Origin: Podarcis muralis
Taxonomy: Eukaryota
Assembly (NCBI RefSeq): GCF_964188315.1
Contig: NC_135668.1
Span: 29,884,001 to 29,948,000, forward strand
Length of the DNA stretch: 64,000 bases
Direction of reading: 5' to 3'
The first letter of the stretch is position 1, and each line of letters opens with the position of its first letter. Position numbers and translations under genes: made by a program. A model generated the notes under the pieces. That model was not told the origin of the DNA and did not search any database. It was given only the letters and a program-made list of their open reading frames with translations. This document shows positions 26,863 to 39,358 of this stretch, one piece after another.

Positions 26863-29800
26863 AACAAACAAACATAGGACACCCGCAGGAGGCAGTAATG
26901 GCAGCCAACTTGAATGGCTTTAAAAGAGGATCAGACAAATTCACAGCTATCGCTCTACTTCCACAGTTGGAGGCAGCAGTGCTTCTGAATGCCAGTTGCT
27001 GGAAGCCACAGGAGGGGAGAACAGGATGCTGAGCTAGATGGACCATTGGCTTGATCCATCAGGCTCTTATATAGTCAGACCACTGGTCTATGTACTTCAG
27101 TGTTGTCTACCCTGACTGGCAGCAGGCATGGAATATTCCCAGTCCTACCTGGAGTTGCCACTGGGGATTGAACCTGGGGCCTTCCACACAGCAGCACAAA
27201 GGTGTGCATTTTTTTCACCTTTCCTCCTCACCTTGCCCTCACTCCAGACACTTTGAGGACCTGGGTCAGGTAAAATGTAGCAATTTCTATTGCAGTAGAA
27301 GGCTACTGCAGAGTGGCTACTGCAGTAAAGTGATTTGGGGCTGGGGGTTGCCATGGGTGCAAGGGACTCCAGGTACGCCTCTGCTGAAAAGCTGCTGCTC
27401 TCCCTCTGCTTCCTCAAACTGGGTTAGCTAAACAGAGACATGCTTCCCCAGGGACTCGAAGCTGCTGTCGCACAATTCTATTTTAGGTGGGATTTCTTTC
27501 TCTCCTCCCCCCCCCCCCGCCCCCTCTACTGCTGCATCTGAAGGGAAGTTGCTATGTATGGAAACCTATTCTGGCTGCCTCAGCTGCCCCCAGCAACTAG
27601 GCAGGAATCAGTTTCTCCTGCAGGAAACAGACGCCTTGCAAGAGCCATCCATATTCCTCCTTGAGCCAGCAGCCTCCAGACATGAGTAGAGGGTGGTCAA
27701 AGAGCAGGAGGGGACTAAAAGGGACAGATACAGTCAAGATGTCAAATGCAGGGCTCTAAACAGCTGTGCAGAGCATTGTGGCTTAGAGGAATTCTGTTCA
27801 GACTCCTGTTGGGAGCAAAACCAGTTCTGCCCAGTTTACATGACTGTGTCACCCTCAGTTCCAGCCTGAGAAGTCCACAGGAAGGCCAGGTACTTCAAGA
27901 GTAAAGCTTTAACTGTAATCTCTGTGGGAATGCCAATTCCTCCTCCTCCTCCTCCTCCTCCTCTTCTTTTTCTTCTTCCTTCAGTGAGCTCAAGGTGGCA
28001 TACATTGTCTCCTCTTCTTCCTTCAACCTCTACAACAATCCTGTGAGGTAGGTTAGGCTGAGAGGAAGCGACTATCCCAAGGCTGCCCAATGAGCTTCAT
28101 GGCCAAGCAAGGAATCGAACCCTGGTCTGCCAGGTCCTAGTGTGACCCTCTAACCACTACACCACCACTGGCTCTCTGCTTGACCCTCTGCAATTCTTTC
28201 CTGCTAAGGTCATATCCAGGATGCCAGGGAAATCTCCCTCAACACCCTTTGCCTAAAGAGGTTGACCTTCAAACTCTGGCTGCTTGACTGAGCAGTCTCC
28301 TTCACAACTTTGCACTTGCTCCATCTCAGCCTGAAGATCAATGAGAGGGAGGAGACTTATCCAGACAGCAACCAACCCTTCAGAGGGCACCAGGCAGGTC
28401 TTGAACCTGGGTGCCTTAGCCCAGAAGACCACAGGCCCACAAAGGATTTCTTGAGAATAAGCCAGCTACACTTCCTGGAGCTCACTGCAGGAGCATAGCT
28501 CAATACGTAGCTTGGTGGGGAAGCAGGGTGGTGGTGCTAGTTGTGGGATGTGAAACACAAGAGCAGTCAACTACAACATTCCTAGAGTGAACATGTTTAC
28601 ACATGGGGAGGAATGTTTGTCCAGTCAGCAGGTAAACTTCCTCACCTGTGCAGGCCTCACCTGTGCAGGTAACAACAAAAGCACAGGGCAGGGCAGCCAT
28701 CTCTCCCTTTTTGACTAAATGCATCGAAGAAACAACATCTGCTTAGCCAAAGATGCTCTCTTGGCTCCAGACAAGAGAGGACAAAGGGAGTGTCTTCTTA
28801 TGGAATAGTTTCCAAGTGTATGTTACTTTTCTAAGCTAAGTCTGCCTTCTGGGATCCTATTGTGAACAGAATGATATGTGAGTAAACCTTTTTATACTTT
28901 TTATAGAAGACTGTGTCGTGTCTTATCTTTTATGAGGGAATAAGGGGGAAATAACAAGAACAGTTATTATAGAGGCTTTAGTGAGCCTGAGCAAACGCAT
29001 CCGCTGCAAGTTTAAAAAGGGGGATGTTACTCTGCTAAATTGTGGAACTTGTTAACACAAGTTGGAAAACGGATATAATCAGACAAGATATCCTCTCCTG
29101 CATCCCTGAACATTCCCACACTAGTTACCCCTCTCCTGCCCCCTCCAGACCACAGGCTTCTGGTTGGCCACTGTGAGAACAGGATGCTTAGCTAGATGGG
29201 ACACTGGCAGGGCTGGCTCACCCATGAGGCAAGCTAAGGCAACCACCTCAGGCAGCAGGATCCACAAGGACAGCAGATCCGGTCTCCAAGGAATGCATTT
29301 CCTGCTGCTTCTACTATGGTGGCAGCAAGAGCTGCAGCATGCTTCCTGGAGGCTGGATCTGCCGCCTCCTCGCAGCTCCTCATTCTATGCCGCTTCTACA
29401 GTGTCCTTCTGACAAATAGGAGGTGTTGGTGGTCTCCTCCCACCCTTTTCCCCAATCTAGATCTTTACTTGCCATTTCTTCCCTAAGGCAGGTGCTGTTT
29501 TGTGGTTTGCCTCATGTGCCAAAATGTCTTGGGCTGCCCCTAGCCGCTGGCCTGATCCAACTGGCTTTTCTTATTTTCCATGTTCCCTTCTCCTGGGACA
29601 GACAGCACCACTGAAACAGTACAGCCTAGCCCAGGGAGAAAGAGCTGTTCCAGAGGGGCTAGGAGAAAAACCAGGGGACTTTGCAGAGTTCGAGGCTCAC
29701 TCTGAATTATCTGCAGGGCTCAAGGTTTGAAGGAGAGGAAGAAAAACTCCGCCTTCTTCCAAGGTCCATCTGAACATCCAAAGGACTGTGAGCCATTTGT

Positions 29801-30834
29801 GTTATAATGCCTTTCATTTAGACTTTTGTTCTGCTGTTCAGAACATCCTAAACATGCTGAAGATATTTGTATTTTCCTATAAAAAGAATGGATTTGTAGC
29901 TGTACAGCAGTAGCAATCAGGTTGTTTTAAAAGCACTGGGGGTTATTACTGTCACTTAAGTGCTTTTGTTATACAAAATATACTGCATTCACTGTAAAAT
30001 ATTTAAACTTGACATTTGTTGTTATTTCCCTTCCATATTATTACAATTCCAGGCTAAGCTAGCACAACCGTGGGTGGGAGTTCTGCTGTCAATACAGACT
30101 TAATCCACCCACTCCTCCTGCCAAGATGGGGCTGATGGTGGGTTGAGCATGCTCAGTGTGTGTGGAGTAAGAGAGAAGAGAGAAGAAGCACCTGAGGACT
30201 CATGCTCTGCCTCCCCACCCACCGCCCAACACACCATGGAGTAAACANNNNNNNNNNNNNNNNNNNNNNNNNNNNNNNNNNNNNNNNNNNNNNNNNNNNN
30301 NNNNNNNNNNNNNNNNNNNNNNNNNNNNNNNNNNNNNNNNNNNNNNNNNNNNNNNNNNNNNNNNNNNNNNNNNNNNNNNNNNNNNNNNNNNNNNNNNNNN
30401 NNNNNNNNNNNNNNNNNNNNNGGACGCCCTTTCTATTTCTATCCTTTCCTTTTTCTCTTTTCCATTCATTTATTATTTTTATCTTTCTTTTACTTTGACT
30501 TCCCTTCGTTTGCTCTTGCTCCTGATTCCAGGGAATCCAGCTGTTCTGTTGGGTGATGTACTTCCAGCCCTTCAGATTCGGACATCTCAAGTTCATTCAT
30601 TTTTCCTTCCACACAAAAAGTCTAAATGAAGTTCTCCAACTACTGTACTATTATCAATAAAAGTCAACAATAGTCTTCCTCCAATGTTCAAAAGCAATAA
30701 ATCCTTGATCTTTATTCCCACAGGAGTCTCCTCGTTGGGGTCATATATTAAAACAGTAATCCACAGTTATTTACTTACTGTATGTTCATTAATTCACACC
30801 CAGTTCCATATCTTCCAGTCCCATTGCCTGTTGG

Positions 30835-30980
30835 CAGTGGCGTAGCGTGGGTTGTCAGCACCCGGGGCAAGGCAAGTAATTTGCGCCCCCTAACCCGTGG
30901 ATTTGCGCCCCATAACCCTAACCCCCAGATGTTGCGCCTGGTGCGGCCGGCCCCCCTGCACCCCCCACGCTACGCCACTG
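30835..30980 (+). mobile_element. hAT-type MITE, copy 3
   Basis: TSD CCTGTTGG. Confidence 0.9.
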
Positions 30981-31464
30981 CCTGTTGGCTGTGCTTTTGA
31001 GGGGCTGCCAATGCCCCAAAATATCTCTGTGCCATCCCACCCCACGACACAGGGTGAGAATTCTCTCTGTGCAGAAGTGTCTGCTACAGACCCCAAGAGG
31101 GAGCTCTTTGCAAAGGACTTGCCACAAGCCATGTATCTACTCAGCATTGATTTTTGTGTCCCTGTGCTCTCTCTCTGTTGGCAAAATAAAAACTCAGGTT
31201 CCACACAACATTTATTGCAGTGCACTGGTAACCAGCTAAGGTCTTCCCTCTGACCAATATCCTTCTAGCTCGTCTCACAAAAAGAATTCCATTTGGCAAA
31301 AGTTCCCTGGAAATGTCAAATAAAAGCTTCTTGCTTACAAGCTCCACTATTTTTATTACTTCTTTATTAGCCCTGGTTGGTATATTAGTGCATAACTAAA
31401 TAGAAAGTGAATTGCCATGGATCAGTTTCTATTTGTATGTCTTTAATTGCCAATTTATTTTCAA

Positions 31465-31507
<43 letters not shown>

Positions 31508-31745
31508 GGCATTTTTTTAAGCTATTATTTTTGAATTAAACTTTAAAAATGAGAGGGGGAAGACACTGAAATGGGGCAATTCAAGGAGAAAGGGATCAAT
31601 TAAAATCTGCAAAATAGGCTGAAAGTGCTAAGAGGAAGGGCTTAATTTAAAGGGCCAGGAGCCCTGAAAAGCCTTTATAAGAATTGGCTGACAGTTGGCA
31701 ATCCCTAAGGAAAGGGCTTGTGTGGGTGGAAATAATCTGGTTCAA

Positions 31746-32075
31746 AGGTAAAAGGTAAAGGTACCCCTGCCCGTACGGGCTAGTCTTGACAGACTCTAGG
31801 GTTCTGCGCTCATCTCACTCTATAGGCCGGGAGCCAGCGCTGTCCGCAGACACTTCCGGGTCACGTGGTCAGCGTGACGAAGCTACTCTGGTGAGCCAGA
31901 GCCACACACAGAATTGCCGTTTACCTTCCCACTAGTAAGCGGTCCCTATTTATCTACTTGCACCCGGGGGTGCTTTCGAACTGCTAGGTTGGCAGGCGCT
32001 GGGACCGAGCAACGGGAGCGCACCCCGCCGCGGGGATTCGAACCGCCGACCATGCGATCGGCAAGTCCTAGGCCG
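31746..32075 (-). mobile_element. Sauria SINE, 5'-truncated
   Basis: CpG-rich young copy; flanking direct repeat AATCTGGTTCAAA. Confidence 0.85.
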
Positions 32076-32704
32076 GTTCAAAAAAAAAAATCTGGTTCAA
32101 AAGTCACCCCCAATTCCATGATGATTATCTGCTCCACTCCTTTACCTGCCCAATCATGATCTCCAGCTGCACACAGGAGAGCAGAGGCTGGAAAGGGCAG
32201 CAGTCAAGGTAGCTTCAGAGAGAACAGGGAACAGCACGTTCCAGGAACAAATGTTCTGGGATTAAAGAGGCAAGAACAATGCTGCCCCCCCCCCACAGGA
32301 GGGGGTGGGTGCTCTCGACTGCAGGGGCTCACAGCTGCTGTGCTTGGATTTCTGCAACAGGCAAGGCCATTGTCAGAAATCCAGGCACCCTACAGGCCCT
32401 ACGAGGGGTGAAGGCAGGCCTGCAAGACATCTTTCCTTGGTCTTTCCTGAGCTCAAGAGGGCCAGGGAGGTGGGGAGAAGGCAGCTGCAAGTCCCTAGCC
32501 ATGGAGAAGGCAGGATGAGTGCAGTCCCGCCCTTTCAAAATCTCCCTATCGCATTGACGCATCAATCACACGCCACAGAACCTCAGGCCTCCAAGCACCA
32601 ACGCACCTTAAATGACACCTTAAACCTTAAAGTTTATTCTGAGACAGAAAGAACTCCATATATGCTCAGGGATGCTACTGGGAATTAAGCCAGCCTTCCA
32701 CAAT

Positions 32705-33062
32705 GGACGCGGGTGGCGCTGTGGGTAAAACCTCAGCGCCTAGGACTTGCCAATCGCATGGTCGGCGGTTCGAATCCCCGCGGCGGGGTGCGCTCCCGTT
32801 GCTCGGTCCCAGTGCCTGCCAACCTAGCAGTTCAAAAGCACATCAAAGTGCAAGTAGATAAATAGGGACCGCTTACTAGCAGGAAGGTAAACGGCGTTTC
32901 CGTGTGCGGCTCTGGCTTGCCAGAGCAGCTTCGTCACGCTGGCCACATGACCTGGAAGTGTCTGCGGACAGCGCTGGCTCCCGGCCTATAGAGTGAGATG
33001 AGCGCAGAACCCTAGAGTCTGTCAAGACTGGCCCGTACGGGCAGGGGTACCTTTACCTTTTT
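32705..33062 (+). mobile_element. Sauria SINE, full length
   Basis: TSD about CCTTCCACAATG; near reverse complement of 31746-32075. Confidence 0.88.
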
Positions 33063-33642
33063 ACCTTCCACAATGTAGCCGTTGGACATTGGCTACATGC
33101 ATATTCATTTCACATGTAATTCCGTCTTACTATTTAATAAGTAACCAAACAAACCCCTGTGTTGCAAAGAGAACGTCAGCAATGTCTAGGCAACATGATG
33201 ACCATGTACATACGCAATAGACAATCTTTATAGAATTCCTTCAAACCATAACAAGTACAAAATGAAATCTATAGTCCCAAAGTCTCTGAAAATCTTTAAA
33301 TGAAGCGAGATAACAAACTTTGTACGATAAAAGACAAGCTGTGAAGCTTTGTGTATTCAGCAAATATGATGTCCAACACTGAACAGTGATTCCGAATATT
33401 GACTACTGTTTCGTAGAATTCTTCGTCAGCGTGGTGGGAGGAAATAAAATTGCTTCATAAACCCATCTTATTTCGATTGAATGTATGTAAATGAAAATAT
33501 CAAATGCTGTGGAACAGTGCTCATGTAATAATGTAGTCACTGCTCATTATTACACTATAAGATGGGTTTATGAACCAATTCTATTACTATTTAATAAACC
33601 ATAGAATTGTAGGGTTGGAAAGGATGCTAAGGGTCGTCCAGT

Positions 33643-34238
33643 CAGTGGCGTAGGAAGGAGGGTGCGGTAGGTGCAGGCCGCCCCGGGAGTAATCACTGGG
33701 GGGGGGTGACAAAATGGCAAAAATATGGGTTTTTAAAATAAATTTTTAAAAATTGGGCTCACGGCACTTTAAAAATAAATAAATAACTCCCGCACCCCCC
33801 CTTCCTACGTCACTGGTAGCTAGGTGAGGTGGGGGACACTGGGCACCACACCGCAGGGCCTGAGCCACACATCTCTCCTGAGGGGGAGGTGGCAGGTGCA
33901 GTGGCGTAGTGTGGGGGGTGCAGGGGGGGCCGGCCGCACCAGGCGCAACATCTGGGGTTAGGGCAAATCCATGGGTTAGGGGGCGCAAATCCACAGGTTA
34001 GGGGGCGCAAATCCACGGGTTAGGGGGCGCAAATTACTTGCCTTGCCCCGGGTGCTGACAACCCACGCTACGCCACTGGGCAGGTGGACAGCTTGCAAGC
34101 TCCACACTGCTTTTTTGAGCCGCATGGGGCTTGTGTCTGCCCACCGCCTCAGCCACCCTACAGCTGAGGGGGAGGCTGCGGAGAGGCTCCACACAGCCCT
34201 GCCCACACCGAGCACCCAAGCAGCTAGCTACGCCACTG
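33643..34238. mobile_element. Larger non-autonomous hAT element sharing CAGTGGCGTAG termini
   Basis: Ends CAGTGGCGTAG...CTACGCCACTG; TSD CGTCCAGT/CATCCAGT (1 mismatch at a CpG). Confidence 0.8.
33899..34078 (-). mobile_element. hAT-type MITE, copy 4 (nested)
   Basis: TSD GGCAGGTG; lies inside element 33643-34238. Confidence 0.9.
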
Positions 34239-35199
34239 CATCCAGTACAACCCCCTGCGACGCAGGAATAACAACTGAAGCATCCCTGACAGCTGGGCAT
34301 CCAACCTCTGTTTACAAACCTCCAAGCGCAGAAGGTTATCAGCTATTTTCATTCTCCTGTGACTTTGCATTGCACATCCAGGCCGCTCTCCAGCCAGAGG
34401 ACCCCGTGCTTGTGCTTGGGAGCTGGCTCTATCCCATTAAGTACATCCCCCAAAGCAGCCTTCCTAAGTCTGGCCCCCTCCAGGTGTTCTAGGCTTCAAC
34501 ACCCAGCATCCCTTGGAACCAGCACAGCTAGATGATGCTGAGCAAGTCGAGTGGGTGTCATAGTCCAAAACAGCTGGAAGGAGGAAAGCAGACGTTTGCT
34601 CTTCATTGAGCTGCTTAGAGGACCAGGCCTCTGGGTTTCAGAAGTATCTACTTGGCCACAGGATGCAGGACGAGATGGGCCCAGCAGGCTGTTCTTACAT
34701 TGCTATACCACCACCCCCAGTCTTACAGGTGCAACCTCTGAGACTAGGAGAAAAAATGTGTCTGGGGATTTTTCTCCTTCTTCAGACTGCAATTCTTCCA
34801 AATCTTCCACGAGTCCCTCCTTTAGATGCTCTCCTGCTCACCTGAGTAAACCAGTCAGCAGCAGCTGTCCAGACTGCATCAGCTCCAACAGAAATCCCAG
34901 CAGTGACAGAGAAAGAGTGACTATCCAATCACCTGGAGACAGCTTTCACCAACCTGGTGCCTTCCAGCTGTTTCAAACTACAACTCCCAACAGCCCCAGT
35001 TAGTCCAGGTGGATGATGCTGGGGCTGCCAGCAACTGTAGTACAAAACATCTGGAGGGCACCAAGCTGACGAAGACAGCATCAGAGGCAGGCCTTCCTGG
35101 TGCCTCTTGACCAGGCCTGGTTTCAGCCCCCTGGCCCTCCCTTTAAAAATGCCCCCCCCCCCCGCCCAGCAATGGTGGGAGACTGGGTCAGGGAGCATC

Positions 35200-35670
35200 A
35201 CTCCAGGCCAATATGGGAAATGCTTATGTCACTGTTAAGTAGCTTCTCATGAAATATCTCAAAGTGATGTTGGTTGGCAGCTGGCTTGGGAAACAGAGGA
35301 GTGCATCTTTTGGGGGGAAGTCAACTTGTTGAAAGGTTGCAGCGCCTGAGACCAATATGGGAGACATGTTTTGTTGCAGCTGGGGCAGATGAAGGCATCC
35401 AGCTGTGCTGCTGCAGATGCACCACGGCATGTCTTCTCTCTGTGCTCCTCTCAGCAGTCATTCCTCCTCTGGTCACTGCTGTAGATACATGACCTAACTG
35501 CCTGTCTCCAGGCACTGCTATGATCTGCAAGGGATTCCCACAGGGCAGGGCTGAAGTTGCCAGCCTTCATGCCATGTTTGCAGACATCTTTGTAATGCAG
35601 AGATGGTCTGCCAACGGGTGGCATCCCTGAAGCCAGTGCCCAGTAGAGCAAGACCTATCTTGGTAGAAAA
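35200..35670 (-). mobile_element. RTE/BovB LINE 3' fragment
   Basis: Reverse peptide GRPSLHYKDVCKHGMK...WESLADHSSAWRQAV, typical of the RTE ORF C-terminus. Confidence 0.8.
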
Positions 35671-35825
35671 TGAGGGAAGATGCCAGGATTTGAGTAGAGG
35701 GACCCAAGCAGCTGCCTTCTGCCCAGCCAGACCCAGGGCTCCATCACAGCCAGCATGGTGTAGTGGTTAAAGTCTCGGGCTTGGACCCAGGAGAGATCAG
35801 GGTTCAGGGTTCAAATCCCCACTCA

Positions 35826-36209
35826 GCTAGGAGGCTCACTGGATGTGACCCCCAGTCACTGCCTCTCAGCCTAACCCACCTCACAGGGCTGTTGTGGGGA
35901 TTAAACAAGAGAGGGGGTGATGCTAGGAGGCTCACTGGATGTGACCCCCAGTCACTGCCTCTCAGCCTAACCCACCTCACAGGGCTGTTGTGGGGATTAA
36001 ACAAGAGAGGGGGTGATGCTAGGAGGCTCACTGGATGTGACCCCCAGTCACTGCCTCTCAGCCTAACCCACCTCACAGGGCTGTTGTGGGGATTAAACAA
36101 GAGAGGGGGTGATGCTAGGAGGCTCACTGGATGTGACCCCCAGTCACTGCCTCTCAGCCTAACCCACCTCACAGGGCTGTTGTGGGGATTAAACAGAGAG
36201 GGGGTGATG
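35826..36209 (+). repeat. 96-bp tandem repeat x4 derived from a SINE body
   Basis: Unit starts at 35826, 35922, 36018 and 36114; the first three are identical. Confidence 0.9.
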
Positions 36210-36258
36210 CACAGACACCACCTTCCGTTCCTTGGAGAAAAAGAAGGGCTATAAATGC

Positions 36259-36300
<42 letters not shown>

Positions 36301-36598
36301 AATAAAGAAGTATGGGATAGCCAGGGGGCAAGGGGGCAGTTGCCCCCTCTAAATCAAGTAAATAAACAAAAATACTTAACTAAATGGCCAATTGTATCAC
36401 AGATAACTTGGTCCTGCCCTGCTCCCCAACATAAGGCCTACCCAACCCTAAAATAAATCCTNNNNNNNNNNNNNNNNNNNNNNNNNNNNNNNNNNNNNNN
36501 NNNNNNNNNNNNNNNNNNNNNNNNNNNNNNNNNNNNNNNNNNNNNNNNNNNNNNNNNNNNNNNNNNNNNNNNNNNNNNNNNNNNNNNNNNNNNNNNNN

Positions 36599-37100
36599 GG
36601 CTCCCTAGGGCTGCGGGCGGGCCAAACGGAAACACGATTGTCTGCGAGGGTCCCTGGAGCCCCCGGGGGCTGCCCTCAAGCTGTGCTGAGAAGCGGAGGA
36701 GGAGCAGAGAAAGAAGGCGGCGGCCCGCAAGCGGGATAGACTCCGACGGGGCGGGCACCGCACTCTGCATCTCAAAGGCTCCGCCGGGACGATTAGCAAG
36801 TCCCTGCGCGAGGAAGGTGGGTTCGTTAGGGGGCGGGGGAAGAGGCTCAAGCCGCCGCCAGGCAGTCGCCAGCAGGGGCGGGGTGCCGGGGCGAGCAGGA
36901 CTCGGGAGCTCACGCAAATCCTGACACGCGGCGGCAGCAGGAGCACATGCCGCGCACGTCCAGCCCGCCCCGTCGAGTGTGGCTGCTGCTGCCGGGCCTT
37001 TGTTATGTACGGTGAGGCGAGGGGCGCCATCGGGCCGCCCTCCTGTCTCCTTCCGACTGGGGCCTGGCTTCCCTTCCCTCACCGCAGAGCAGAGGGGCCC
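36599..37100. promoter_or_regulatory. CpG island with multiple GC boxes, target gene unknown
   Basis: Dense CpG against a CpG-poor background; GGGGCGGG at about 36748, 36832 and 36876; donor-like sites on both strands; abuts an N gap. Confidence 0.6.
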
Positions 37101-39149
37101 CCCATGCCTCCCACTCCTGCCCAGGATTGTGTTCATACGTGCATCTTCCCTGGTTCTTACAAGTCCTAGGAAGCCGAGGGGCTTGGTTTGCTGTCTTGTT
37201 TACAGACTATTGTATTGATTTTGTACTGTTCTAATCTGCTCCTAGACCTTTGGGGAAAAGCTGGTAATAAATATGCTAAATCTAAAACGGATTTTATGTT
37301 TGAGGTTTTTACAGAGGGGAAATAATGGGATTCCTCCTGGCTGAAATTAATAAATTCTGACTATAAAAACTTTCCCTCTAGGTCTGGGGTGACCCTGGCA
37401 GGGGCGCTGGGTTTGGAGGGGTAGAAACAGGCCTTCATTAACCCATTAACCCCCACTCATAAGGCCCCACCCAACTGTCTTTGCCTTGGCAGCATTACTC
37501 CACTTCAACTACTGTATAGGGTGTGTTTTTTCAGTCACAGAATCTGTATATTGCTTTTCACTGTCAAATATTCTCTAATCAGTTCGCAGAATTAAGAGTT
37601 GGAACCAGTTAAATAAACTTCTAATAAACATATAGGTTAAAGTGGGATTGTTTATTTACAGTCATTTGTATCACACATGTTCTCTCTGGGTAAAAGCTAC
37701 AATCAGAGGAGCTACAAAAATATTTAAAACATCAATTAATATAATAAGTATTGAAACAATATCATTATTAGAGACTCACAACAAATCAGGTGGAAAAAGC
37801 AGTAAAAAGAACAGCTCAAACATATGTTTGCAACAGGAGCGGGAAACCTGATTTTAAGAAATTGTATTAAAGCAATTCAGTTTTATCTGTAATAATTTAG
37901 AAAATTAATAAAAATAATTGGGGGAAAACAGCTCAAGAAATATTCATAAAATTAAGCCCTCAAACACCTTCACCTCCCTCTAAAAAGGAAGCAAAATAAG
38001 AGGGAGGGGCCTCTCCAGGGTCATGGAAGGCCCTGTTAATCTAGATTAGAAAGCAGCACAACTTCTTGGTAGATCTCAGAGTGGAGTGGGGTAGAGACAT
38101 CAGGTGGAAGACCAATTAAGGCTTCAAACAAGAGTCTTGTTGGACCTGGGAAGGAACTGGCAACCTGAGCAAAGGCTTTAGAATATGCAAAGTAAGTTTG
38201 CCACCACCTTATTAGCTGTGATTCCTGCATTTCAGAGCATTGGACTAGATGACCCTTGGCTTCCTTTGAATGCTACAATTTTATGACTGTATGATTCTAC
38301 CCATCAGTAGCCTAGCTGTGTTCAGTACCAGGTTCCAGATGATGCTTCCAGACCTTCAAGGGCATTGTGGCCCATCACTTTGCAGCCATGTCATTGAGAA
38401 ATTGCCAAGGAATGGATAACTCTGACCACGTGGGCTTCCATCTTCCAGCAATGCAGCCAGACCAACCCCTAAAAGTGGACTAACAGACTCCAGGCCATAT
38501 CCGTTGCTGCCTAGGAGTCCAGAGAATCATAGGAATTTCCAGGCCACACAGTCCCCCAGATAGCCAGTGAGCCTAGGTGGCCCAGTCTACTCCACTCAAG
38601 ATTAAGTCTACATTTATTCACCTCCATCTAGTTCACAGAGAAGCCAATACCACTTCTCTTGGAGAACAGAGCAGGGTGCCACCAGCAGATTCATGAAACA
38701 ACACTTCCTGACCCCAGATAACCTTGCCCACAAGTGTCATGGAGATGTGGACTTGTGACAAAACAGATTAGTGCATTGCAGGGGTTGAACTAGATGACCC
38801 CTAGAGTTCCTTCCATCTCTACAATTCTACAAAGGGCAAATGAAAAGCAACAGGGTTACCCCACTGACAGTACCAGCAGTCTATAGGGTAACAAAGGAGG
38901 CTTCTGTCCCCCAAAGCACCCAAAAATGCAGACAAGGAAAAGATCCAGATTGGCTGTTGTGAGGCAGAAATGCTGGTCTAGGCTCCTTGGGGAAGACATC
39001 AATAATTAACCTTAGATGTGGGGGGGACGGGGACAGGACTTGTTAGGGTTAGTGGGAAAGGAAAGCTATTTTACACTTCCTCAGAGGCACTCTGTCCCGA
39101 CATCTCATCCCCGTGTATTGTTCTGACTTGGAGCTTGATTGAGTCATTG

Positions 39150-39358
39150 ATTCACTGCATCTATATCTCCAAGGAGCTGAAGCTGGCATACATGGTTCTC
39201 CCCCTCTCCATTTAATCCCCACAACAACCCTGTGAGGTAGGTTAGGCTGAGAGGCAGTGACTGGCCCAGGGTCACCCAGTGAGCTTCATGGCTGAGTAGG
39301 GATTTGAACCCTGGCCTCTTAGGTCCCAGTCCAGCGCACTAACCACTACACCACACTG
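39150..39358 (-). mobile_element. tRNA-related (MIR-like) SINE; family also at about 21440-21650, 27980-28170, 35755, 43527-43880, 45300, 46385, 50970 and 52930
   Basis: Shared consensus GGTGTAGTGGTTAG...GGGTTCAAATCCC...CTCAGCCTAACCTACCTCACAGGGTTGTTG. Confidence 0.7.

Noticed and set aside
35763-36331. Repetitive 163-aa and 175-aa ORFs
   Set aside because: Translations of the 96-bp SINE tandem repeat; the unit length is divisible by 3.
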